A stretch of DNA of 64,000 nt from an uncultured Gemmatimonadales bacterium (GTDB lineage: Bacteria > Gemmatimonadota > Gemmatimonadetes > Gemmatimonadales > Gemmatimonadaceae): assembly GCA_963850905.1 (NCBI GenBank), contig CAWKMU010000003.1, positions 2,816,001 through 2,880,000 on the forward strand, written 5' to 3'. Both the position numbers and the translations under genes were made by a program. Positions 11,395 through 21,003 of this stretch are shown one piece after another; positions within the stretch are counted from its first letter, which is position 1; each line of letters starts with the position of its first letter. The notes under the pieces were generated by a model that worked only from the letters and a program-made list of their open reading frames with translations, ran no database searches and was not told the DNA's origin.

Positions 11395-12279
11395 ATGCCA
11401 CTACCTCCGGAGCTGCGCCACCTGACGTTCGGCGTTCGCGACGCACTGGAGATCGCGATTGTCGCGTATGTGCTGTACCGCGTGCTCCTCTTGATTCACG
11501 GCACGCGAGCGGTACAAATGCTGACCGGCATCGTCGTCCTGGTGGTCGTGTACGCCTTGGCGCTCGTCGGGCACCTGACGATGATCGCCTACCTGCTACG
11601 CGTCCTGTTCACGTATGGCGCGCTCGCCGGTGTCATCATCTTCCAACCCGAGCTCCGGCAGGCGCTCGCCCACCTCGGCCAGTCGCGCGTCACACGGTTC
11701 CTCCGGCGGATGGGTCCCAGCGAGGTCGCGGAGGAGGTGGTCGAGGCGTTGGAGCGACTGAGCCAGTCCGGAATGGGCGCAATCGTTGTGGTGGAGCGCG
11801 AGATGGGACTGGGCGAATACGTGGAGTCGGGATCGGCCTTGCAGGCCAAGGTCTCATCTGACTTGCTGGCCACCATCTTTACGCCTTACAGCCCACTCCA
11901 CGACGGAGCGGTAGTTATCCGCGCCGACACCGTGATCGGCGCCGCCTGCATTCTGCCCCTGTCGCAGGCCCAGATCAGCGACCGGTCCCTCGGCACTCGC
12001 CACCGAGCTGCGCTCGGCCTCGCCGAAGAGACTGACGCCATTGTCTTTGTCGTGTCCGAAGAGACCTCAACGATCTCCGTTGCCGTGGACGGCCGCCTCA
12101 TACGCTCGGTCTCCACGTCAGAGATCCGGAGCCTGCTCGAGGGGCATGGGACAACTCGCCTGGCCCAGTCCGACGCGTCGATGGTCCGCGGCGGGAACAG
12201 CGGGTCGAAGGCTGTGATCGAGAACGGCGGGGACGGGCGCTTTCGCGCCCGAGAAGGTAGAACCACGGAGAGAGAGTAA
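11395..12279 (+). CDS. cdaA: Membrane-bound diadenylate cyclase
   Basis: Three N-terminal TMs, IFQPELR, catalytic motifs LHDGA and GTRHRAA, VVSEET. Confidence 0.93.
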   Translation: MPLPPELRHLTFGVRDALEIAIVAYVLYRVLLLIHGTRAVQMLTGIVVLVVVYALALVGHLTMIAYLLRVLFTYGALAGVIIFQPELRQALAHLGQSRVTRFLRRMGPSEVAEEVVEALERLSQSGMGAIVVVEREMGLGEYVESGSALQAKVSSDLLATIFTPYSPLHDGAVVIRADTVIGAACILPLSQAQISDRSLGTRHRAALGLAEETDAIVFVVSEETSTISVAVDGRLIRSVSTSEIRSLLEGHGTTRLAQSDASMVRGGNSGSKAVIENGGDGRFRAREGRTTERE

Positions 12280-12310
12280 ACGACCAGGGTCCCCGCGCGT
12301 CATAAGAAAT

Positions 12311-12334
12311 GTAGGGGCGACGCATGCGTCACCC
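12311..12334 (+). repeat. GTAG-family REP-like palindrome
   Basis: GTAG followed by GGGCGACGCATGCGTCACCC (one mismatch from a perfect palindrome). Confidence 0.8.
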
Positions 12335-12385
12335 GTTGTTGCCGGCCACCCGACGACCAAGAGCGGAGCAAGGGTCCGTCGTCCC

Positions 12386-12414
12386 TTGCCTCGGCGTCTA
12401 ACCACCGGTACTTT
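12386..12414 (+). promoter_or_regulatory. Sigma70-type promoter for the yggS operon
   Basis: TTGCCT-N17-TACTTT, ending 8 nt before the yggS ATG. Confidence 0.55.
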
Positions 12415-12422
12415 CGCATGTT

Positions 12423-13130
12423 ATGCATTTTCCCGAGCTGCCAGAGCGGCTGGCGGAAGTGCAGGGTCGATTGGCGGCTGCGGTGCAACGCGGAGGACAC
12501 GGCCAGCGGGTGACGTTGATCGCCGTGACAAAAACGTTCGGAATCGAGGCCGTCGAGGCAGCGTGGGGCGCGGGCATCCACGACGTTGGCGAAAACCGGG
12601 TCCAGGAAGCGCTCTCCAAGATGGTAGACGTCAAGGTCCCCGTGCGATGGCACCTCATCGGTCACTTGCAACGGAACAAGGCAAAAGCGGCAGACGCCTT
12701 TTACTTGGTCCATTCGATGGATAGTGCACGGCTGGCAGAGGCACTGCATGCTCGCGGGCTGGCCCGGGCCCAGCCGATTGACGTTCTGGTGCAGGTGAAT
12801 GTTGCGGGCGAGGGGTCGAAGTCTGGATGGGCGCCAGAGGACGTGCCAGCCGAAGCCGAGCGACTTATCGACCTGCCTGGGGTACGCGTTCGTGGTGTGA
12901 TGGTCATGGCTCCGCTGGATGCACCGGAGGCGGTTCTCCGCGCAACTTTTGCGGGCGCGCGGACCGCACGGGCCGTGCTGGAGATGGCTGGGCACCCGGC
13001 GACGGAGTTGTCGATGGGAATGTCGAACGATTACGAAATTGCGGTCGAGGAAGGCGCCACCATGGTGCGCGTTGGGACGGCGCTCTTTGGCGAGCGCACT
13101 CACGTGGCCGCGGGACCAGCTGATGATTGA
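12423..13130 (+). CDS. yggS: PLP homeostasis protein, YggS family
   Basis: LIAVTK, GENRVQE, WHLIGHLQRNK, LSMGMSNDYEIAVEEGATMVRVGTALFG. Confidence 0.96.
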   Translation: MHFPELPERLAEVQGRLAAAVQRGGHGQRVTLIAVTKTFGIEAVEAAWGAGIHDVGENRVQEALSKMVDVKVPVRWHLIGHLQRNKAKAADAFYLVHSMDSARLAEALHARGLARAQPIDVLVQVNVAGEGSKSGWAPEDVPAEAERLIDLPGVRVRGVMVMAPLDAPEAVLRATFAGARTARAVLEMAGHPATELSMGMSNDYEIAVEEGATMVRVGTALFGERTHVAAGPADD

Positions 13131-13797
13131 CGAATCGTTCCATCTAACTCCGCTCGACGTTCGGCGCACCGAGTTCCCGGCTGCCCTGCGCGGCTATGAC
13201 AAGGCGCGGGTGGATGAATTCCGCGATCGGGTTGCCAATGAACTGGAGCGCCTGACGCGCATCAATCAGGAGCTCGAGTCGAAGGCGAAGGGCTTTCACG
13301 AGCAGCTGCGCGCCTTCCGCGAGCGGGACAAGGCGCTCAACGATGCGTTGGTGTCGGCGCAGCAGCTGCGTGCAGAAGTCCGGGAGCAGGCCGATCGAGA
13401 GGCGCAGCTCATCCGCCGGGAGGCGAGGGCCGAGGGCGAGCGCATCATCGACGACGCGCGCGTCGAATTGCGTGGCATCGCTACTGAGATCGAGGGTCTG
13501 GAGCGCGCCCGACGTGCGTACCTGGCCCAGTTTCGGTCCATGGTGGCCAGGCAGCTCGCGGAGCTCGACGCGATCCCCGACCTCTCCTCCGCGCGCCCGG
13601 TCAACCCAGCCACGTCCCCCGGCCCGTCCGCTCCGGCTCCCGGCTCGGCGCCGGCCGCCACCAACAACGTGGTCTCGCCCGCGCCGGTCGCGCCGCCACC
13701 GCCCCCACCGCCCGGAACCCCTCCTGCCAATGGAGCGGATGGGTTGCGCGCACCGGCTCCAACGCCGGCGTGGTTGAACAGCGTCCCCGGAGAATGA
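13123..13797 (+). CDS. divIVA: DivIVA-domain protein with coiled coil and Pro-rich tail
   Basis: [26 protein letters not shown] is the DivIVA N-domain; long coiled coil follows; yggS-divIVA-ileS synteny. Confidence 0.85.
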   Translation: MIDESFHLTPLDVRRTEFPAALRGYDKARVDEFRDRVANELERLTRINQELESKAKGFHEQLRAFRERDKALNDALVSAQQLRAEVREQADREAQLIRREARAEGERIIDDARVELRGIATEIEGLERARRAYLAQFRSMVARQLAELDAIPDLSSARPVNPATSPGPSAPAPGSAPAATNNVVSPAPVAPPPPPPPGTPPANGADGLRAPAPTPAWLNSVPGE

Positions 13798-14687
13798 CGG
13801 TCTCGTCGTCGACTGCTGTCGGTGGTGGTGCGGTGGATCCGGGAGTCGGTGGCGTGGAGGACGTCTCGTTGCACACCGCAGCCCGCATCGCGGAAGCCGC
13901 CCGTGTGGTGCGCGCCCGCTTTGCAGACACACCACGCGTCGCGCTGGTGCTTGGCACGGGCCTAGGCGGATTGGCCGACTCGATCGACGTAGAAACCAGG
14001 ATCGAGTATGGAGACATACCCGGGTTTCCGCTGTCGACCGTCGAAAGCCATAAGGGTCGCCTGCTGTGCGGCACATTGCGCGGCCGAACGGTCATCGCCA
14101 TGCAGGGTCGCTTCCACCGCTACGAGGGCTATTCCCTGCAACAAGTGACGTTTCCAGTGCGCGTGCTGCGCGCCCTGGGAGCCGAAATCCTGATCGTGTC
14201 GAACGCGTGCGGCGGCATGCGCGCGGACTGGGCGCCCGGAGACCTGATGCTGATCGGCGACCACATCAACCTTCTCGGCGACAACCCGCTGGTCGGGCGC
14301 AACGACGACAGCTTGGGTCCTCGCTTTCCGGACATGTCGGCGCCCTATGACGCCGAACTGCGGAGCCTCGCGCGCCGGGTAGCGGCCGATCAAGGCATTA
14401 CCGTGCGGGAGGGCGTCTACGTCGCCGTGACCGGTCCGAACCTCGAGACACGCGCCGAGTATCGCTGGCTGCGCGGAATGGGCGCGGATGTGGTCGGCAT
14501 GTCCACGGTGCCGGAAGTCATCGTGGCCGTCCACGGTGGGCTGCGCGTCTTGGGGATTTCGGTCATCACGGATCAGTGCGTCCCCGAGACGCTCGAGCCG
14601 GCATCGCTTGGCCGCATTCTCGCGGTGGCGGCTGCCGCCGAGCCACGCCTCACGGCGGTCGTCGCCGGGGTCGTGGAGCAGCTCTGA
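13794..14687 (+). CDS. Purine-nucleoside phosphorylase (trimeric PNP/XapA family)
   Basis: [46 protein letters not shown]. Confidence 0.93.
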   Translation: MTVSSSTAVGGGAVDPGVGGVEDVSLHTAARIAEAARVVRARFADTPRVALVLGTGLGGLADSIDVETRIEYGDIPGFPLSTVESHKGRLLCGTLRGRTVIAMQGRFHRYEGYSLQQVTFPVRVLRALGAEILIVSNACGGMRADWAPGDLMLIGDHINLLGDNPLVGRNDDSLGPRFPDMSAPYDAELRSLARRVAADQGITVREGVYVAVTGPNLETRAEYRWLRGMGADVVGMSTVPEVIVAVHGGLRVLGISVITDQCVPETLEPASLGRILAVAAAAEPRLTAVVAGVVEQL

Positions 14688-14706
14688 CGATAAGGGCGCC
14701 CACCTC

Positions 14707-17700
14707 GTGACTGCCGTGGCCCAGGAGACTCGCCGGTTTCGGTTGCTGCCTGCCGACTGGCCAAGCCTGGAGACGGAGATGCTCTCCCGGTGGGAGGCCG
14801 AGCATCTGTTCGTCAAGTCGCTCGAGGCGGCGGAGGGCCGCCCGCCTTTCGTCTTTTACGAGGGGCCGCCGACGGCCAATGGCCGCCCTGGCATCCATCA
14901 CGTGTTCTCGCGAACGCTCAAGGACCTCGTGTGTCGGCACCGCGCCATGCGGGGGTTCTACGTCCCGCGAAAGGCCGGGTGGGACACGCACGGGTTGCCC
15001 GTCGAGATCGAGGTCGAAAAGTCACTCGGGATCACTGCCAAAGCGCAAATCGAAGCCCTGGGCGTCGCGCGATTCAATGAGCTCTGCCGAGAGAACGTGT
15101 GGAAATACCGCTCGGACTGGGAGCAGTTGAGTGAGCGGATCGGATACTGGCTGGATTACAGCTCGCCGTACATCACCTACGCAGCCACCTACATCGAGAG
15201 CGTGTGGTGGGCCCTCGCGACCCTGTGGGGCCGCGGGTTGCTGTATCCCGGCCACAAGATTCTGCCCTACTGCCCGCGATGCGAGACGGCGCTCTCGAGC
15301 CACGAGCTCGCACTGGGGTATCGCGATGTCCAAGACCCGAGCATCTACGTGGCGCTCGATCTCATCGACGCGGGTCGCCGCATTCTAGTGTGGACGACGA
15401 CACCGTGGACTCTCGTATCGAATACGGCTTTGGCGGTCCATCCGGAGCTCGAGTACGTCGAGCTGCGACCCCGGACCGGCGCGGATCGCCGGACGCTGAT
15501 TCTGGCGGAGGCGCGCGTCGGAGCGGTGCTCGGGCCGGATCACGCCGACGCATGGGAGACGGTGCGACGGATGCACGGGTCGGAGCTTGTCGGCCTCCGC
15601 TATCATCGTCCCCTCGATTGGGTGCCGTATCCGCCGAATGGCGACCACGAGCTCATCGTCGGTGAGACGTTCGTCACCGCCGAAGACGGCAGCGGGGTCG
15701 TGCACATGTCACCGGCATTCGGTGCCGACGACTACGCCGCCGGTCAGCGACATGGCCTCGCGTTTGTTCAACCAGTCACCAACCGGGGTGCGTTCGCGAG
15801 GACAGTACCCGTGGTGGGTGACTTGTTCGTGAAGGAGGCGGACAAGGCTATCATCGCCGAACTGCGGAAGGCGGGCCTGCTTTGGAGAGCGGATCGCGTA
15901 GAGCACGCGTATCCCCATTGTTGGCGGTGCGGCACGCCGCTCCTGTACTACGCGAGGTCGTCCTGGTTCGTGCGCACGACCGCCTACCGCGACGCCATGC
16001 TCGCGCGCAACGCGCGGGTCGGATGGCACCCGCCGGAAACGGGAGCGGGCCGGTTCGGAGAATGGCTCGCCGGCAACATCGATTGGGCGATCTCGCGTGA
16101 TCGCTACTGGGGCACGCCGCTCCCCGTCTGGGTGTGCGATCGGGAGGCGACGCACGTGGAGGTGGTTGACAGCTTTGCCACACTGGCCGAGCGCATCGGC
16201 CGCCCGCTGCCCAACGACTTCGACCCGCACAAGCCGACGGTGGACGGATATCACTGGCCATGCCGGACGTGCGTCGCGAGCTCGGAGACGCCTGGCACGA
16301 TGCGCCGCGTCGGCGAAGTCATCGACGCGTGGTTCGATTCCGGTTCGATGTCATTCGCCCAGTGGCACTATCCGTTCGAAAATCAGGAGCGCGTCGCTCG
16401 CCAGTACCCCGCCGATTTCATCTGCGAAGGCGTCGATCAGACTCGCGGGTGGTTCTATTCGCTGCTCGCGATCGCCACAGGGCTCGGGAACGCACTGCCG
16501 CATAACGAGGATGGGGCGACCGCACCGTATCGGAATGTCATCGTCAATGACCTGGTGCTCGACGCGCAGGGTCAGAAGATGTCCAAGAGTCGCGGCAACG
16601 CCGTCGACCCCTGGAGTGTGATCCAGGAGCACGGCGCCGACGCGATCCGATTCTTTCTCATCGAGGCGAGCCAGGTGTGGGTCCCGCGGCGCTTCGACGA
16701 GCAGGGGATCCGTGATTCAGCCGGGCGCCTGTTGATCACGCTCAAAAACACGTACAATGGCATCTTTGCGCAATACGCCAACTTCGGCTGGTCGCCATCG
16801 GGGCAGGATCCAGCCATCGCGGATCGTCCCGCGCTCGACCGCTGGATCCTGTCTCGTCTCGCGCACGTGGAGCGCGAGGCGGATGACTACCTGGAACACT
16901 ACGAGCCGACGCTCGCGGCGCGCGTCGTCCGGCAATTCATCGACGACGACGTCTCGAAGTGGTACGTGCGCCTGTCGCGAGCAAGGTTCTACGATGTGGA
17001 ACCGGCGGATTCGCGCTCGGCATTTGCGACGCTCCACGAGGTTCTGACAGTCATGAGTCGGTTGCTGGCCCCTATCATGCCTTTCGTGACGGATTGGCTG
17101 CATCGAGAGCTGGTGGGCACGTCGGTCCATTTGGCGCCCTATGTCCGTGCGGACGCTGGCGCGGCAATCGACGACGCGCTGGAGAGTGCAATGGCCGACA
17201 TCCGGCGGCTGGCCACCCTGGGCCGCGCCGCGCGCGAGACCGCCAAGATCAAGACGCGACACCCCCTGTCCCGTCTGGTATGCGTTGTGCCGAGAGCGAC
17301 CGGGGCGCGTTTGGAGGGTCTGCAGGCTCTGGCGCCGCTCCTCCAAGCCGAGCTCAACGTCAAGCGGGTCGAATGGCTTTCGTCGGCTGACTCGTTGGTA
17401 CGCCTGAGCGGAAAGGCTAACTTTAGAGGTCTGGGCAAAAAATTCGGCAACCGCACTCCTGAGGCAGCACGGGCGGTCGCTCAGCTGACGAGTGATCAGC
17501 TCCGCGCTTTTGAGGAGGGCGGGCAGCTCGTGATTCGGGTTGGAACAGATGATCGGGCGTTGGATCGCGAGGACGTCATCATTACGCACGGGGCGGCGGG
17601 AGATCTCGTCGTGCAAGAGGGCGACGGGTATCTCGCGGCGATCGACCCGCGGGTAACTCCCGAGTTGGCCGCGGAGGGACTGGCCCGGGAGCTCGTCAGT

Positions 17701-17994
17701 TCTATTCAACGGCTGCGGAAGGATGCGGGGTTCGCCGTCAGTGACCGGATCCGGCTGCTCGTCGTCGGGGTGCCGGCTGTGGCCGCGGCGGCCACCACGC
17801 ACCGCGACTGGATCGCGCACGAGGTGCTGGCGCGCGAGGTGGTCATCAAGGAAGTGCCCCATCTCGATCCCGCGACCGGAACGGGGCCGAGCACGGGAAC
17901 GCAGGATCGGCTTCAGGGATTTGACGCGGTGCGCTCGCTCGACCTCGACGGACTGAGCGTGCGGATTGCCATCACCAGGGAAGTGGACTCATGA
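14707..17994 (+). CDS. ileS: Isoleucine--tRNA ligase, type 2
   Basis: FYEGPPTANGRPGIHH, GWDTHGLPVE, WTTTPWTL, DWAISRDRYWGTPLP, EGVDQTRGWFY, KMSKS. Type-2 C-terminus EGLARELVSSIQRLRK...VSDRI without a C-terminal Zn finger. Confidence 0.96.
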   Translation: MTAVAQETRRFRLLPADWPSLETEMLSRWEAEHLFVKSLEAAEGRPPFVFYEGPPTANGRPGIHHVFSRTLKDLVCRHRAMRGFYVPRKAGWDTHGLPVEIEVEKSLGITAKAQIEALGVARFNELCRENVWKYRSDWEQLSERIGYWLDYSSPYITYAATYIESVWWALATLWGRGLLYPGHKILPYCPRCETALSSHELALGYRDVQDPSIYVALDLIDAGRRILVWTTTPWTLVSNTALAVHPELEYVELRPRTGADRRTLILAEARVGAVLGPDHADAWETVRRMHGSELVGLRYHRPLDWVPYPPNGDHELIVGETFVTAEDGSGVVHMSPAFGADDYAAGQRHGLAFVQPVTNRGAFARTVPVVGDLFVKEADKAIIAELRKAGLLWRADRVEHAYPHCWRCGTPLLYYARSSWFVRTTAYRDAMLARNARVGWHPPETGAGRFGEWLAGNIDWAISRDRYWGTPLPVWVCDREATHVEVVDSFATLAERIGRPLPNDFDPHKPTVDGYHWPCRTCVASSETPGTMRRVGEVIDAWFDSGSMSFAQWHYPFENQERVARQYPADFICEGVDQTRGWFYSLLAIATGLGNALPHNEDGATAPYRNVIVNDLVLDAQGQKMSKSRGNAVDPWSVIQEHGADAIRFFLIEASQVWVPRRFDEQGIRDSAGRLLITLKNTYNGIFAQYANFGWSPSGQDPAIADRPALDRWILSRLAHVEREADDYLEHYEPTLAARVVRQFIDDDVSKWYVRLSRARFYDVEPADSRSAFATLHEVLTVMSRLLAPIMPFVTDWLHRELVGTSVHLAPYVRADAGAAIDDALESAMADIRRLATLGRAARETAKIKTRHPLSRLVCVVPRATGARLEGLQALAPLLQAELNVKRVEWLSSADSLVRLSGKANFRGLGKKFGNRTPEAARAVAQLTSDQLRAFEEGGQLVIRVGTDDRALDREDVIITHGAAGDLVVQEGDGYLAAIDPRVTPELAAEGLARELVSSIQRLRKDAGFAVSDRIRLLVVGVPAVAAAATTHRDWIAHEVLAREVVIKEVPHLDPATGTGPSTGTQDRLQGFDAVRSLDLDGLSVRIAITREVDS

Positions 17995-18416
17995 CGTCAC
18001 CGACTGACGTGACCACGAGCAAGAAATTCAAGCCGATGTCGAAGAAACTGCTGGCTCACTTCGAAAAACGGCTGCTCGAAGAGCGGAAACGCGTGCTCAA
18101 GGAGCTTGGCAACTACACCGAGACCTTCGGTGCCACTCCCCAAAGCGCTGATGGCGATCTCAGCTCGTATTCCTTCCACATGGCCGATCAGGGCACGGAC
18201 GCCATGGAACGGGAGAAAGCGTTTCTTTTCGCAAGCCAGGAAGGGCGCTTCCTGTGGCATATCGACGAGGCGCTGCGCAGGCTCTACAGGGCACCTGAGA
18301 CCTTCGGACGGTGTCATAACTGTGGTGAGGAGATTGCATTCGAGCGGCTCGACGCGCTGCCGCATGCGCGCTACTGTTTCGCCTGCAAACAGCGTGAGGA
18401 GGACGGGAAGCGGTGA
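17991..18416 (+). CDS. TraR/DksA C4-type zinc-finger protein
   Basis: Coiled coil with tip HMADQGTD; CHNC...RLDALP...CFAC. Confidence 0.9.
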   Translation: MTSPTDVTTSKKFKPMSKKLLAHFEKRLLEERKRVLKELGNYTETFGATPQSADGDLSSYSFHMADQGTDAMEREKAFLFASQEGRFLWHIDEALRRLYRAPETFGRCHNCGEEIAFERLDALPHARYCFACKQREEDGKR

Positions 18417-18438
18417 CCTGGATTTCTGACGAGAGACA

Positions 18439-18960
18439 ATGAACGAAGCGGCAGAGTCATCGAAGCGGCGATTGTTTTGGATTGTGGCGGCCGCCATCGT
18501 AGTGGCTGACCTCGTCACGAAGGCGCTCGCCGTATCATCGCTGACGATGGGATTCCCGCATGACGTCGTCGGCTCAGTGGTGCGCCTGAATCTGGTGTAC
18601 AATCCCGGCGCCGCGTTTGGTATCAACTTCGGTCCGTCGTCGCGGTGGATCTTCCTCGCGCTCACGCTCGCGGCTCTGGGGATCCTCGTGCGCCTCTACC
18701 GGGCGACTCGCGCCGGCGATGTGGCGCGCACGTTGGCGGTGGCGCTCGTGGCAGGCGGAGCGGTCGGGAACCTCGTCGACCGGATTCGATCGGCCGTGGG
18801 CGTCGTCGATTTCATCGACATCGGTGTCGGCTTCCACCGCTGGCCCACGTTCAACGTCGCGGATATGGCCGTGACGACCGGGGCATTCCTGCTCGCGTGG
18901 GTGCTGTGGATGGAGGACCGCACGCGCGAGCGACACGTCGCGCCCGTCCCCGAGATGTAG
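18439..18960 (+). CDS. lspA: Lipoprotein signal peptidase II
   Basis: DLVTK, NPGAAFG, GGAVGNLVDRI, VVDFID, FNVAD. Confidence 0.96.
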   Translation: MNEAAESSKRRLFWIVAAAIVVADLVTKALAVSSLTMGFPHDVVGSVVRLNLVYNPGAAFGINFGPSSRWIFLALTLAALGILVRLYRATRAGDVARTLAVALVAGGAVGNLVDRIRSAVGVVDFIDIGVGFHRWPTFNVADMAVTTGAFLLAWVLWMEDRTRERHVAPVPEM

Positions 18961-20000
18961 CTACGGGCGAACCGACGAGCGGACGCCAGATCGCATTCGA
19001 AGTTGCCCCAGACGCCAGCGACCGGCTCGACATGCTGGTGGCCGCCGCGGCGGGGATTTCCCGCACGCAGGCTGCTACGCTGATCGCAACCGACTGCGTT
19101 GCAGTCGAAGGGCGTCGCGAAAAGGCGAGCTACAGGCCCAAGCCAGGGGAGCACATCACGGTCGGCATCCCCGTTGCCCGCGAGCGCACGCTCGTCCCGG
19201 AATCGATTCCCCTCCGCATCGTGTACGAGGATGGCGATCTCCTGGTCGTCGACAAAGCGGCGGGCATGGTCGTGCACCCCGCTCCTGGCCATTGGAGCGG
19301 CACGCTGGTCAACGCGCTTCTGGGCCGGCAGGACGAAACGGCCAACTCCGACGCAATCGATCCGAACGAGCCGCCGAGTGGTTCGATCGCGCGCGCCGGC
19401 CTCATTCATCGGTTGGACAAGGACACCTCAGGTCTCTTACTCGTCGCGAAGACGGAACGAGCGCACCGGCGACTGAGCTCGGCCATGGCCGAGCGACAGA
19501 TCCGACGACGATACGCGGTACTGGTGTGCGGACACCTCCGCGACGACCGGCTCACCATCGAGCAGCCGATCGATCGGGATCCCCGAGACCGAAAGCGGAT
19601 GGCGATCGTCAGTACGGGACGGCCGGCACGGACGGATTTCGTGCGGCTGGCACGATTCGATTCGGTTGACTTGTTGCGCGCTCGGCTACTCACGGGCAGG
19701 ACGCACCAGATCCGTGTACACCTGGCGTCGGCGGGGCACCCGGTCGTGGGTGATGATACGTACGGTGGCGGCGGGGGACGGCGCTTCGTAGGGCTACCGC
19801 CGCGACGGCACTTCCTGCACGCGGCGTGGCTGCTGTTTCGTCACCCGTTGACGGGGGAGCCGATGGACCTGCGGTCGCCGCTGCCAAGTGACCTCGAGAC
19901 GTCGCTGGCTAGTGTCGCAGGGCAGCCTGGAGCGGACGACAGCCGGATTTGGAAGGGGGATGGTCTTGAGGAATGGGGCTTCTACCGAGCCGACGACTGA
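18957..20000 (+). CDS. rluD: RluA/RluD-family 23S rRNA pseudouridine synthase (start codon uncertain)
   Basis: S4-like RLD...SRTQ, DKAAGMVVHP, HRLDKDTSG, TGRTHQIRVH, GDDTYG, FLHA. Confidence 0.88.
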   Translation, partial: VATGEPTSGRQIAFEVAPDASDRLDMLVAAAAGISRTQAATLIATDCVAVEGRREKASYRPKPGEHITVGIPVARERTLVPESIPLRIVYEDGDLLVVDKAAGMVVHPAPGHWSGTLVNALLGRQDETANSDAIDPNEPPSGSIARAGLIHRLDKDTSGLLLVAKTERAHRRLSSAMAERQIRRRYAVLVCGHLRDDRLTIEQPIDRDPRDRKRMAIVSTGRPARTDFVRLARFDSVDLLRARLLTGRTHQIRVHLASAGHPVVGDDTYGGGGGRRFVGLPPRRHFLHAAWLLFRHPLTGEPMDLRSPLPSDLETSLASVAGQPGADDSRIWKGDGLEEWGFYRADD

Positions 20001-20541
20001 CGCGTCCCCGGACGCCGCGGGCGTCGCCGGAGATCAGGAAAATGCGGAGCAGGGTGGAGGAGCACTCCACGCCCTGGGCAACTCAGCCGATGCCCCGCGC
20101 TTGCTCGTGTTCACGGCTGCGGGTCGAACGTGCGCGTGCGAGTTGACCGCGGTTCGGGAGATCATCCCGCATCGGCGGGCGACGCGACTGCCTGGTGCGC
20201 CGTCGTTCGCCGTGGGGCTGATCAATCTCCGAGGATCCATCGTCACGGTACTGGATCTCGGTATTCGACTTGGTGGGCGCGCTGTGGATGTGGAGCGCGG
20301 CTCGATCGTCCTCGTGGACCACGGTTCGAGAGTGGTGGGTTTGGCCGTCGACGAATTGCGTGACGTCCAGCGCGTGTGGCGATCGTCGATCGAACCGGCC
20401 GACGCTGAGGCCGAGCAAGAGGGATTCGTGCGTGGGATGTTGAGGGCAGCGGGCGAGGTCGCCGCGCTGTTGGACGTGAGCCGCATCGTCGCTGATGCCC
20501 TGGGGTCGGCGACGTACCGCCAGCATAACAGCCTGGAGTGA
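19960..20541 (+). CDS. cheW: CheW-like adaptor 1
   Basis: VREII...TRLPGAPSFAVGLINLRGSIVTVLDL, VGLAVDEL, LLDV; overlaps rluD and cheY. Confidence 0.88.
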   Translation: MVLRNGASTEPTTDASPDAAGVAGDQENAEQGGGALHALGNSADAPRLLVFTAAGRTCACELTAVREIIPHRRATRLPGAPSFAVGLINLRGSIVTVLDLGIRLGGRAVDVERGSIVLVDHGSRVVGLAVDELRDVQRVWRSSIEPADAEAEQEGFVRGMLRAAGEVAALLDVSRIVADALGSATYRQHNSLE

Positions 20542-20906
20542 TCGTGAGCCATTCAGTCCTCATCTGTGACGATGCCATTTTCATGCGGACCATGGTGGGT
20601 GATATCCTGCAGCAGGCGGGATTCGACATCGTGGGCGAGGCCGAGACGGGTCTGCAGGCGGTCGAGAAGTACAAGCAGCTTCGCCCGGACCTCGTCACTA
20701 TGGACATCGTCATGCCCGACATGGGCGGGATCGATGCCGTCCGGGAGATCACGAAGTTCGATCCCCAAGCCAAGATCCTGATGTGCAGCGCGATGGGACA
20801 GCAGGCGCTCGTCGTCGAGGCCATCCAGGCGGGCGCGCGGGATTTTGTCGTGAAGCCCTTCCAGCCCAGTCGCGTGCTGGAAGCGGTTCAGCGCGTGCTC
20901 GGCTAG
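20538..20906 (+). CDS. cheY: Single-domain response regulator CheY
   Basis: CDDAIFMR, MDIVMPDMGG, CSAMGQQ, VKPFQ; Bacillus/Thermotoga/archaeal-like CheY pattern. Confidence 0.95.
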   Translation: MIVSHSVLICDDAIFMRTMVGDILQQAGFDIVGEAETGLQAVEKYKQLRPDLVTMDIVMPDMGGIDAVREITKFDPQAKILMCSAMGQQALVVEAIQAGARDFVVKPFQPSRVLEAVQRVLG

Positions 20907-20960
20907 GGTGACGATGCGTCGTCCCTGGTTGGTCGAGTAGGGGCGACGCATGCGTCGCCC
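20903..20960 (+). repeat. Two tandem GTAG-family REP-like palindromes between cheY and cheA
   Basis: Perfect GTAG GGGCGACGCATGCGTCGCCC at 20937-20960; degenerate CTAGGGTGACGATGCGTCGTCCC at 20903-20925 containing the cheY stop. Confidence 0.8.
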
Positions 20961-21003
20961 CCGTTCGGACGACTAGGCGTCCGGGTCGCCCGGCCTCGCA
21001 CGC

